Assembly: GCA_016213135.1 (NCBI GenBank) | Contig: JACRBQ010000098.1 | Coordinates: 6,221-70,220 of the forward strand | Direction: 5' to 3' | DNA length: 64,000 nucleotides | DNA from: Chloroflexota bacterium | GTDB taxonomy: Bacteria > Chloroflexota > Anaerolineae > Anaerolineales > VGOW01 | In this document: positions 57,174-64,000 of the stretch, piece by piece | Position numbering within the stretch: the first letter of the stretch is position 1 | How the letters are laid out: every line of letters starts with the position of its first letter | The notes under the pieces: generated by a model | What the model saw: only the letters and a program-made list of their open reading frames with translations | Databases searched by the model: none | Told to the model about the DNA's origin: nothing | Program-made: the position numbers and the translations under genes

Positions 57174-58334
57174 TCAGGCTACCGTAAAACGCGTGTAGTG
57201 ATACTGGATCAAGCCATCGCGCAAGCCCACGGTGTCGCTGCCGTCGTTAACCAAACCGTTGCTGCTGTTGGCCGTCCACGTAAACATGCAAGTCGGGTCG
57301 TGACCGGAGGAGCTTCGCATAACGAAGTTCGCACTTGGCAAACGGTTGGTGAGCAGATCGTTGTAATAGTCGCGAATGGCGCTGCTGCTCACCACGGTGC
57401 GCTGCGCGGTGACGTGCGCGGCGTTTGGCTGGTACAGCGCTACCAGCGCGTCTACGTCTCCGTTGTTGAGGGCGCTGAAGTATCGGGTCAGCAGATCGGC
57501 GGCGGCGCCGGACAAGGCCCCTGTCGCGCTGCCGGTCGGCGGGGTGATAATGGGGGCGCTGGGGATGAAAGGCCAACTGTAGTTGGCGACGGCATCCCAC
57601 AGATCGGTGTTGCCTGCCGACGTTGCCCAATCCCACGAATAGGCATTGGCCGCCGACAGGCCCAGCGACTGAGCTTTGGAGAAAAACAGCCTCAAGTCGT
57701 CCGGGGTGGCGCGCCAGCCGCCCGTGCCATAGGCCGAGCCGGTGGGGATGACGGGCCGGGCGTAGCCGACGAGGGAAGTGTTGGCAAATTCCTGCACCGT
57801 GCGGGCCAACTGCGTATCGGGGTTGTGCGCCTGTTCCCAGTAAACCTGGGGCATATTCAAATCGCACTTCTCCAAAAACTCGCGCCAGGGCAAGGTGGTG
57901 TGATACGACGGATAGCGGTACGAGCTGAGGGCGATGGGCAAATTGGGCAGGCTGGCGCGCAGCGCGCTCATAAAAGTGCGAGCGGCGGCGCTCTTGCCGG
58001 ACTCTTTGTACTCGGCCTCGGCGTCGATCACGTAGCCATCCACCGCCAATTGCTGGCAACGTTGCACGGCGGCGCGGGCCTCGCCGGCCGGGTCGTTCCC
58101 TTTGACGTAGTGCCAGCCCCACACCTGCATGCCCCGGTTGTGCAAGGCCCGGACTACCGGGGCGGTGATGTCGTTGTTTTGCGAATCATAGCCATAGGCA
58201 AATGTGGTGTCGGCCACCTTAACGACGGCATGGCTGAGATTGGCGGCCTGCGCTTTGTTGGCTATGGCCTCGGCATTAGCGCCTTCGCAGTTCTTCAGTT
58301 GCCAAGTAAAAAATCCTTTTCCGGTAAGAGCCAT
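57174..58334 (-). CDS. hypothetical protein: GH25-like TIM-barrel N-domain plus NTF2/SnoaL-like C-domain
   Basis: Pattern ...HAVVKVADTT...RGMQVWGWHYV...DGYVIDAE... resembles GH25-type muramidase folds. The C-terminal ...LTRYFSALNNGDVDALVALYQPNA... is SnoaL-like. Assignment is tentative. Confidence 0.45.
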   Translation of the reverse strand: MALTGKGFFTWQLKNCEGANAEAIANKAQAANLSHAVVKVADTTFAYGYDSQNNDITAPVVRALHNRGMQVWGWHYVKGNDPAGEARAAVQRCQQLAVDGYVIDAEAEYKESGKSAAARTFMSALRASLPNLPIALSSYRYPSYHTTLPWREFLEKCDLNMPQVYWEQAHNPDTQLARTVQEFANTSLVGYARPVIPTGSAYGTGGWRATPDDLRLFFSKAQSLGLSAANAYSWDWATSAGNTDLWDAVANYSWPFIPSAPIITPPTGSATGALSGAAADLLTRYFSALNNGDVDALVALYQPNAAHVTAQRTVVSSSAIRDYYNDLLTNRLPSANFVMRSSSGHDPTCMFTWTANSSNGLVNDGSDTVGLRDGLIQYHYTRFTVA

Positions 58335-58386
58335 AAGACCTCCAATCTAGGGCACTGGGGTGGCGTCCGATCAATCATCGGCGCGG

Positions 58387-58743
58387 CTAGCTGCGCTTGG
58401 CGCCGTCGGGCATGGTCACGTCGATCATGTTCGCCATGTACAGGTCGGCTTTGGTCAAATCGGCTTTGGTGAGGTTGGCCTGTGTCAGATCGGCTCGAGT
58501 CAGGTTGGCGCGATCGAGATTCGCTTTGGTCAGGTCTGCTCTGGCGAGGTTGGCTCCCGTGAGGTTGGCGCCGCTGAGGTTGACCGTGCGCAGGTTGGCG
58601 CCGCTGAGATTGGCCCCGGCGAGATTGGCGTCGCTCAAATCGGCGCCGAATAGATTGGTCTCGCTCAGGTCAATGTTCACCAGCCACAGCGGGCCGGGCC
58701 GGTTCAAAAGGTCGTAAATCTGGTAGTTGGTTAGATCGGTCAT
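58387..58743 (-). CDS. pentapeptide-repeat protein
   Basis: About 17 consecutive A(D/N)LxX pentapeptides (ADLSDANLAGANLSGANLRTVNLSGANLTGANLARADLTKANL...). Confidence 0.9.
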   Translation of the reverse strand: MTDLTNYQIYDLLNRPGPLWLVNIDLSETNLFGADLSDANLAGANLSGANLRTVNLSGANLTGANLARADLTKANLDRANLTRADLTQANLTKADLTKADLYMANMIDVTMPDGAKRS

Positions 58744-58841
58744 CAGGTCAAAATCCCTTCCTGGACAATTGTAGCATCTTAACGGCTGCGCGATAGACAC
58801 GCGATAGACAGCCAATAACCACCGGATTATACTGTGGCAGT

Positions 58842-61070
58842 ATGAAAATTGACGACCTCCTCGAACAACTGCCGCCTTCCCTCACGCCGCAAGAGCGTTC
58901 CGATATTGAGCGGGCTTACAAACTGGCTGCCACGGCACATGCCGGGCAAACGCGCGCCTCGGGCGAGCCGTACATTTCGCACTGCGTGGCCGTGGCCAAA
59001 ATCCTGTGTGAAATGAACCTGCCGGCCTCGGTCATCGTGGCCGGCCTGCTCCACGACACGGTGGAAGACACCCAGGTCACCCTCGACGACATTCGCCGCG
59101 AATTTGGCGACGAAGTGGCCCGTTTTGTGGACGGCGTGACTAAACTGACTAATCTGCCGCGCGTTTCGCGGCTGGATAAGCCCCGGGCCGGCAACACGGC
59201 GGCCGACGACTATTTGCCGGAAGACCGGGCCGACCTGCGCAGCCACGACCGGGACGCGGAGACGATCCGCAAGACGTTCCTGGCCATGGTCGAAGATGTG
59301 CGGGTGGTGCTCATCAAGCTGGCCGACCGCCTGCACAACATGCGGACGCTGACCCACCTTAAGCCGGACCAGCAGCGCCGCATTGCCCGCGAAACGCTGG
59401 AGATTTTTGCGCCGCTCGCCAATCGCCTCGGCATCTGGCGCATGAAATGGGAACTGGAAGACCTGGCCTTTCGCTACGTGGAGCCGGAGGCCTACCGCGA
59501 AATCGCCGGGATGCTCGACGAACGGCGCGCCGATCGCGAGCGCACGATGGCGGCTATTATCGACAAAATCAAGGCGGCGCTGGCGGAGCATCACATCGAG
59601 GCTATCGAGTTGGAGGGGCGGCCCAAGCACATCTATTCGATCTGGAAAAAGATGGTGCGCAAGCAAGCGGGATTCGATCAGATTTACGACGTGAGGGCCG
59701 TGCGGCTGATTGTGAAGGACGTACCCACCTGTTACATGGCCATCGGAATTATTCACGGCTTATGGAGCCCGCAGCCGCACGAATTCGACGACTACATCGC
59801 CACGCCCAAGGATAATTTTTACCAGTCGCTGCATACGGCCGTGGTGTACGACGACGGCAAGCCGCTGGAAGTGCAAATCCGCACCTCGGAGATGCACGAA
59901 AAGGCCGAGTACGGCATTGCGGCCCACTGGCGCTACAAGGAGGGCACGCGCAAGCGCGACGAATTATTCGAGAAGCGGATTGCCTATCTGCGGCAATTGA
60001 TGGAATGGCAGCAGGACGTGACCGAGGGGCGCGCCTTTGTGGAGGCGCTCAAGACCGACGTGTTTCAGGATCGGGTGTACACGTTTACGCCCAAGGGCGA
60101 CATCATCGACCTGCCCCAGGGCGCCACCCCGATTGATTTTGCCTATCACGTTCACACCTCGGTGGGCGATCGTTGCCGCGGGGCCAAAATTAACGGCAAA
60201 CTCGTGGCCCTGAGCACGCCGCTCAAAACCGGCGATCAGGTTGACATCATCACCGCCAAACGGGGCGGCCCCAGCCGCGATTGGCTAAACACCGACCTGC
60301 GCTTTGTGCAATCGGCGCGCGCTCGCGAAAAGATTCGGGCGTGGTTCAAAAAACAGGATCGCGACCTCAACATCACCACCGGGCGCGGATTGCTCGAACG
60401 CGAACTCAAGCGGCTGGGCATCGACAATCTGACGTACGAAGCCATCGCGGAGTTGTTCGGCTATGGCAAGACCGACGATTTTCTGATGGCGTTGGGGTGC
60501 GGCGACATTCACACCCAGACGGTCGTCAACCGCATCGTCGATTATTTGCGCAAGGAAGAAAAAGACAGCGCCGACACGTTGCCGCCGCCGTATTCGGAGT
60601 TGGGGGCGGGCTACCGCAGCAGCTCCGATCAGGTCACCATCCAGGGCACCGGCGGGCTGCTCACGCGACTAGCGCCGTGTTGCAACCCGGTCAAAGGCGA
60701 ACCGATCATCGGGTACACCACGCGCGGGCGCGGTATTACGGTTCACCGGCAGGATTGCCGTAACGCGCTGCAGGTTCGCGAAAAGGAACGATTGATTCAA
60801 GTGAGTTGGGGCGGGGTGGTCGAGCGCACCTATCCGGTGCCCATCCGCATTCAAGCCTACGACCGCGACGGCCTGTTGCGCGATGTATCCACCCTGGTGG
60901 CCGACGAAAAAGTCAGCATCGGGCGGGTAGAAATTCCCGCGGCCGAGAAGAACATCGCCAATATGCTGCTTATTTTGCAGGTGACGGATCTGGCTCAGTT
61001 GACGCGCATTCTGAACCGGATTGAGCAGTTGCCCAATGTGCTAGACGTCCGACGGTGGAAGCCGGGTTAG
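58842..61070 (+). CDS. rel: bifunctional (p)ppGpp synthetase/hydrolase, RelA/SpoT family
   Basis: HD domain (HCVAVAKIL...LLHDTVEDT), synthetase region (RPKHIYSIWKKM, YQSLHT), TGS and ACT-like C-terminal domains. Confidence 0.95.
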   Translation: MKIDDLLEQLPPSLTPQERSDIERAYKLAATAHAGQTRASGEPYISHCVAVAKILCEMNLPASVIVAGLLHDTVEDTQVTLDDIRREFGDEVARFVDGVTKLTNLPRVSRLDKPRAGNTAADDYLPEDRADLRSHDRDAETIRKTFLAMVEDVRVVLIKLADRLHNMRTLTHLKPDQQRRIARETLEIFAPLANRLGIWRMKWELEDLAFRYVEPEAYREIAGMLDERRADRERTMAAIIDKIKAALAEHHIEAIELEGRPKHIYSIWKKMVRKQAGFDQIYDVRAVRLIVKDVPTCYMAIGIIHGLWSPQPHEFDDYIATPKDNFYQSLHTAVVYDDGKPLEVQIRTSEMHEKAEYGIAAHWRYKEGTRKRDELFEKRIAYLRQLMEWQQDVTEGRAFVEALKTDVFQDRVYTFTPKGDIIDLPQGATPIDFAYHVHTSVGDRCRGAKINGKLVALSTPLKTGDQVDIITAKRGGPSRDWLNTDLRFVQSARAREKIRAWFKKQDRDLNITTGRGLLERELKRLGIDNLTYEAIAELFGYGKTDDFLMALGCGDIHTQTVVNRIVDYLRKEEKDSADTLPPPYSELGAGYRSSSDQVTIQGTGGLLTRLAPCCNPVKGEPIIGYTTRGRGITVHRQDCRNALQVREKERLIQVSWGGVVERTYPVPIRIQAYDRDGLLRDVSTLVADEKVSIGRVEIPAAEKNIANMLLILQVTDLAQLTRILNRIEQLPNVLDVRRWKPG

Positions 61071-61466
61071 CCTGCCGGTCTCTACCCACGAGATACCGAG
61101 CGCCTGCTGAATTTCCTGGCGCAGGACAGCCGGCGAAAAGGGCTTGAGCAGATAGCGGACGACGCCCAGTTCGTGGGCGCGCGCGCGGTACGAAGTGTCG
61201 GCGCGCACCGAGACAACCATCACCGGCGTTTCGGCGTACTTCGGGTATTTGCGGAACTTTTCCAGAAAGTCCAGCCCGGTCTCGCCCGGCAACATCATAT
61301 CCAGCAATATCAGATCGGGGGTTTTGTCATCAAGAATCTGCCACGCTTCGTCGCCGCTGGGCGCGTTCAGCAGTTCGATGGGCGCATGACGCAGCACCAG
61401 CCGAATCAAATTGGCGATATCCTGGTTATCTTCGATGCTCAGAATAACTTTGCGCTGTTCGCTCAT
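61041..61466 (-). CDS. single-domain response regulator (CheY-like receiver)
   Basis: ILSIEDN...DLILLDMMLP (phospho-acceptor Asp)...LLKPF. The 3' end overlaps rel by 30 nt. Confidence 0.88.
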   Translation of the reverse strand: MSEQRKVILSIEDNQDIANLIRLVLRHAPIELLNAPSGDEAWQILDDKTPDLILLDMMLPGETGLDFLEKFRKYPKYAETPVMVVSVRADTSYRARAHELGVVRYLLKPFSPAVLRQEIQQALGISWVETGRLTRLPPSDV

Positions 61467-61599
61467 GTTAAGCTATTCTAAGCAATTTGCAATTTACCAC
61501 AAGGGGTCAAAAGTCTGATTTACTTCTGCTATCGGATCTGTAAGTTGCCGCCGCGCGCCCATTAGTCAGCTTTCATCGTGAAAAACGCTTGACATAGCG

Positions 61600-61608
61600 T
61601 GCTATAAT
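61600..61608 (+). promoter_or_regulatory. extended -10 promoter element upstream of moeA
   Basis: TGCTATAAT, 56 nt upstream of the moeA ATG. The nearby TTGACA is only 8 nt upstream of the -10, so it is not a canonical -35. Confidence 0.4.
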
Positions 61609-61663
61609 GCGAGCGGACAACCGGGTCGAAGGCAAATGCTGGGCTGGATTATCTGTTTCGCCA

Positions 61664-62911
61664 ATGCTTTCCGTTTCTGACGCTCTATCCCAAGTGCTGG
61701 CGAAGTTCAAACCACTCGACGCCGAATGGGTCCCAACCGCATACGCTGCGGGACGGGTGCTTGCCCAAACTGTCCACGCTTCCCTTGACCTGCCGCCCTT
61801 TCCCAACTCAAGCATGGATGGCTATGCCGTCCGCGCCGCCGATGTGCGCGCCGCCTCCCCGGCCACGCCCGCGCTGCTGACGGTGATTGGCGATATCCCC
61901 GCCGGCGCAGTGCCCTCGATGGTCGTGCGCCCCGGCTGTGCAGCGCGGATTATGACCGGGGCGCATATGCCCCAGGGGGCCGATGCCGTCGTCCCGGTCG
62001 AAGCCACCGACGACAGCCGTTCCACTGGCGGCGGGCCGCTGCCGGTGGCCGTTCGAGTGTTGAAGGCGGTGGAGGCCGGGGAGTACGTGCGCCACCAGGG
62101 GGAGGACATGAAAGCCGGGGCTGAGATTCTGCGCCCCGGCATGATCCTGCGGCCCTACGATCTGGGGATGCTGGCCGCCACGGGGTGCAGCAAAGTGTCC
62201 GTGGTGCGCCGCCCGCGCGTGGCGATCTTATCCACCGGCGATGAATTGGTGCCCGTGGAAACGGAACCTGGCCCCGGGCAGATTCGGGACACGAACGGAT
62301 ACACTCTGGGCGCATTGGTGCGCAAATATGGCGGGGAGGCATTGATGCTGGGTGCGGCCCCGGATCAGGCGGACGCGGTTGACCGTATGTTGGGCGAGGC
62401 GCTGGAGCAGGCAGCCGACGTGATCGTGTCGTCGGCGGGGGTGTCGGTGGGCGCGTACGATGTGGTGAAGGCTGCCGTGGAGCGCCGAGGGGTATTGAGC
62501 TTTTGGAAGGTGCGCATGCGCCCCGGCAAGCCGATTGTGTTTGGCCGCCTGGGCGCCGTTCCCTTTTTTGGTTTGCCGGGAAACCCGGTGTCGGCAGTGG
62601 TGGGGTTCGAGATTTTTGTGCGCCCGGCGCTGCTCAAATTGAGTGGCCGCACGCGCATCGATAAACCGGTGGTGAGTGTTCTATTGACCGAAACGTGGCA
62701 TTCGGATGGGCGCGAGAGTTACTTGCGGGCGGTGGTGAGCCGGGAAGATGGCCGTTACGTGGCCCGCAGCGCGGGCGGCCAGGGCTCCAATATGATATCG
62801 GCGCTGTCGGCGGCCAACGCGCTGTTGATTTTGCCCGAGGGCGTTACGGAAGCGCCCGCCGGCAGCACGCTGCGGGCCTGGATGCTCGATTGGCCGGAGG
62901 AGGTTTTCTGA
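61664..62911 (+). CDS. moeA: molybdopterin molybdotransferase
   Basis: PPFPNSSMDGYAVRAAD..., ...SGGVSVG-like SSAGVSVGAYD, LPGNPVSA. Confidence 0.92.
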   Translation: MLSVSDALSQVLAKFKPLDAEWVPTAYAAGRVLAQTVHASLDLPPFPNSSMDGYAVRAADVRAASPATPALLTVIGDIPAGAVPSMVVRPGCAARIMTGAHMPQGADAVVPVEATDDSRSTGGGPLPVAVRVLKAVEAGEYVRHQGEDMKAGAEILRPGMILRPYDLGMLAATGCSKVSVVRRPRVAILSTGDELVPVETEPGPGQIRDTNGYTLGALVRKYGGEALMLGAAPDQADAVDRMLGEALEQAADVIVSSAGVSVGAYDVVKAAVERRGVLSFWKVRMRPGKPIVFGRLGAVPFFGLPGNPVSAVVGFEIFVRPALLKLSGRTRIDKPVVSVLLTETWHSDGRESYLRAVVSREDGRYVARSAGGQGSNMISALSAANALLILPEGVTEAPAGSTLRAWMLDWPEEVF

Positions 62912-62921
62912 GTAATGAGCT

Positions 62922-63389
62922 ATGACGAATAACTCGACTAATTCGACCAGTGCGATCGATATCAGTTCGCGCTTGAGACTGATCAGTCTGGCGCTGGCTT
63001 TGATCGGGCTGGCGGTGTCGCTGTACCTGACGTGGGTCAAGGTCGCCAGGACTTCGGCATTTTGCGGCGGCGTGGGCGATTGCGAGGCGGTCAATTCAAG
63101 CATCTATGCCCAGATCAACGGCGTGCCCGTCGCCGCGCTGGGGGCCGGCGCGTACCTGGCAGTGGCCGTGTTGCTGTTCATGGAGTCGCGCGGCCAAATT
63201 TGGGCCGAGTGGGCGCCCCTGGCGGTCTTCGGCCTCGGCCTTACGGGCACGTTGTATTCGGCGTATCTGACTTATATTGAATTGGCGGTGTTGCACGCCG
63301 TGTGCCCCTATTGTGTCGTTTCAGCCATTTGCATCACAGCCATTTTTGCGCTTTCGGTCGTCCGTCTGTGGCGACCTCAGACCTATTAA
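62922..63389 (+). CDS. vitamin K epoxide reductase (VKOR) family membrane protein
   Basis: Loop cysteines ...FCGGVGDCEAV..., active-site CPYC in the last TM, 4 TM segments. Confidence 0.85.
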   Translation: MTNNSTNSTSAIDISSRLRLISLALALIGLAVSLYLTWVKVARTSAFCGGVGDCEAVNSSIYAQINGVPVAALGAGAYLAVAVLLFMESRGQIWAEWAPLAVFGLGLTGTLYSAYLTYIELAVLHAVCPYCVVSAICITAIFALSVVRLWRPQTY

Positions 63390-63412
63390 TTCGATCCCCA
63401 CGGAGAATTTCC

Positions 63413-63661
63413 ATGCCCCGTATTCGCTGTCACTACGTCGATTGCGTCTTTTTGGAAGACAAATACTGCGGCGCCGCCGCCGTTGAGTTCGATCCCGACT
63501 CCGGCTGCCTCACTTATTCGCAGGTGGACGCAGTGGCCGTGGATGACGTGGAAGATTGGGAGGACGAGGATTTGCTGGACGAGGAAGAAGAGGAAGAGGA
63601 TCTGTACGACGACGACGAGGAAGACGACGACGATTGGGAAGAGGACACGGACGAAGATTAG
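63413..63661 (+). CDS. small Cys-rich protein (DUF1540-like) with poly-acidic tail
   Basis: MPRIRCHYVDCVFLEDKYCGAAAVEFDPDSGCLTY, followed by about 45 residues that are mostly D/E. GGAGA RBS. Confidence 0.6.
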   Translation: MPRIRCHYVDCVFLEDKYCGAAAVEFDPDSGCLTYSQVDAVAVDDVEDWEDEDLLDEEEEEEDLYDDDEEDDDDWEEDTDED

Positions 63662-63705
63662 CCGCTCGTCCGGCGCGCGGCGCCGGGCGGCGGCGCAATG
63701 GCTGA

Positions 63706-63749
63706 AAAAGAACGACGCCGACCTGCGGGGGTCGGCGTCGTTTTGTTTG
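63706..63749. terminator. bidirectional rho-independent terminator
   Basis: AAAAAG-AACGACGCCGACC-TGCGGG-GGTCGGCGTCGTT-TTGTTTG between convergent genes. Confidence 0.7.
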
Positions 63750-63764
63750 CGGGGTTGCCGGGGC

Positions 63765-64000
63765 TTAGCCCTTGTTGGCGGCGTGATGTTTGAGCGTGCG
63801 CTCGAAGACGTCTTCCAACTCCGGCTTCGTGCTTTTGTTCTTTTTCTTCCGCCGATCGTCGCGCGGGCCTGCCTGCCCCTGCATGGCCTGCCGCAGCGCC
63901 AACTCCATGGCCGTCAGCGGTTTCTCGTCCGGCGCGTCCTCTTCGGGCGTGTAGTCGTCCAGGGCCTTCATGCTCAGGTCGATGCGCCGCTTCTGGCGAT
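63765..64000 (-). CDS. C-terminal end of an S1-domain-like RNA-binding protein (5' part outside the window)
   Basis: The frame stays open upstream of Met (…RQKRRIDLSMKALDDY…), which looks like the end of an S1 domain, followed by a basic/acidic tail. Confidence 0.45.
   Translation of the reverse strand, partial: RQKRRIDLSMKALDDYTPEEDAPDEKPLTAMELALRQAMQGQAGPRDDRRKKKNKSTKPELEDVFERTLKHHAANKG

Overview
High-GC (about 65% by eye) bacterial chromosomal window. The gene content (LysW-carrier aminoadipate lysine pathway, a T-box leader, a four-helix-bundle 'IVS-type' gene) suggests a Chloroflexota-like or Deinococcus-Thermus-like lineage; that is inference only. Most of the window is amino-acid biosynthesis. 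(1) + strand: argG(partial)-argH, then lysW-lysX-lysY-lysZ-[methyltransferase]-lysJ-homocitrate synthase-hacA-hacB-[disrupted homoisocitrate dehydrogenase]-lysK-DUF3054. (2) A multi-GAF GGDEF protein, then on the - strand a LysE exporter, a GTPase, gltB, a lipoprotein, etfAB and a dimethylglycine/sarcosine dehydrogenase. (3) + strand: hisGDCBHAF-hisI-[membrane protein]-proB-proA-hisE-HAD-pepT. (4) - strand: T-box(Trp)-trpE-trpS-trpG-trpD-trpC-trpF-trpB-trpA. (5) Assorted genes: glycogen debranching enzyme, aldo/keto reductase, M20 peptidase, zinc-ribbon protein, split methyltransferase, SH3 protein, GH25-like protein, pentapeptide protein, rel, response regulator, moeA, VKOR. The most unusual signal is not a gene. 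It is a family of palindromes whose arms are tandem 6-8 nt units. They fill most of the longer gene junctions in the operons. Their unit 'vocabularies' also appear in-frame inside several housekeeping genes (hisF, trpF, hacA, the HICDH gene). One pair of arms brackets a complete low-GC four-helix-bundle gene just upstream of hisG. Other points worth checking are an internal deletion plus frameshift in the homoisocitrate dehydrogenase gene, a low-GC methyltransferase translationally coupled inside the lys cluster, a possible His leader-peptide attenuator, trpS embedded in a T-box-controlled trp operon, and a methyltransferase interrupted by tandem in-frame TGA TGA. No rRNA, tRNA, CRISPR array or transposase was seen.
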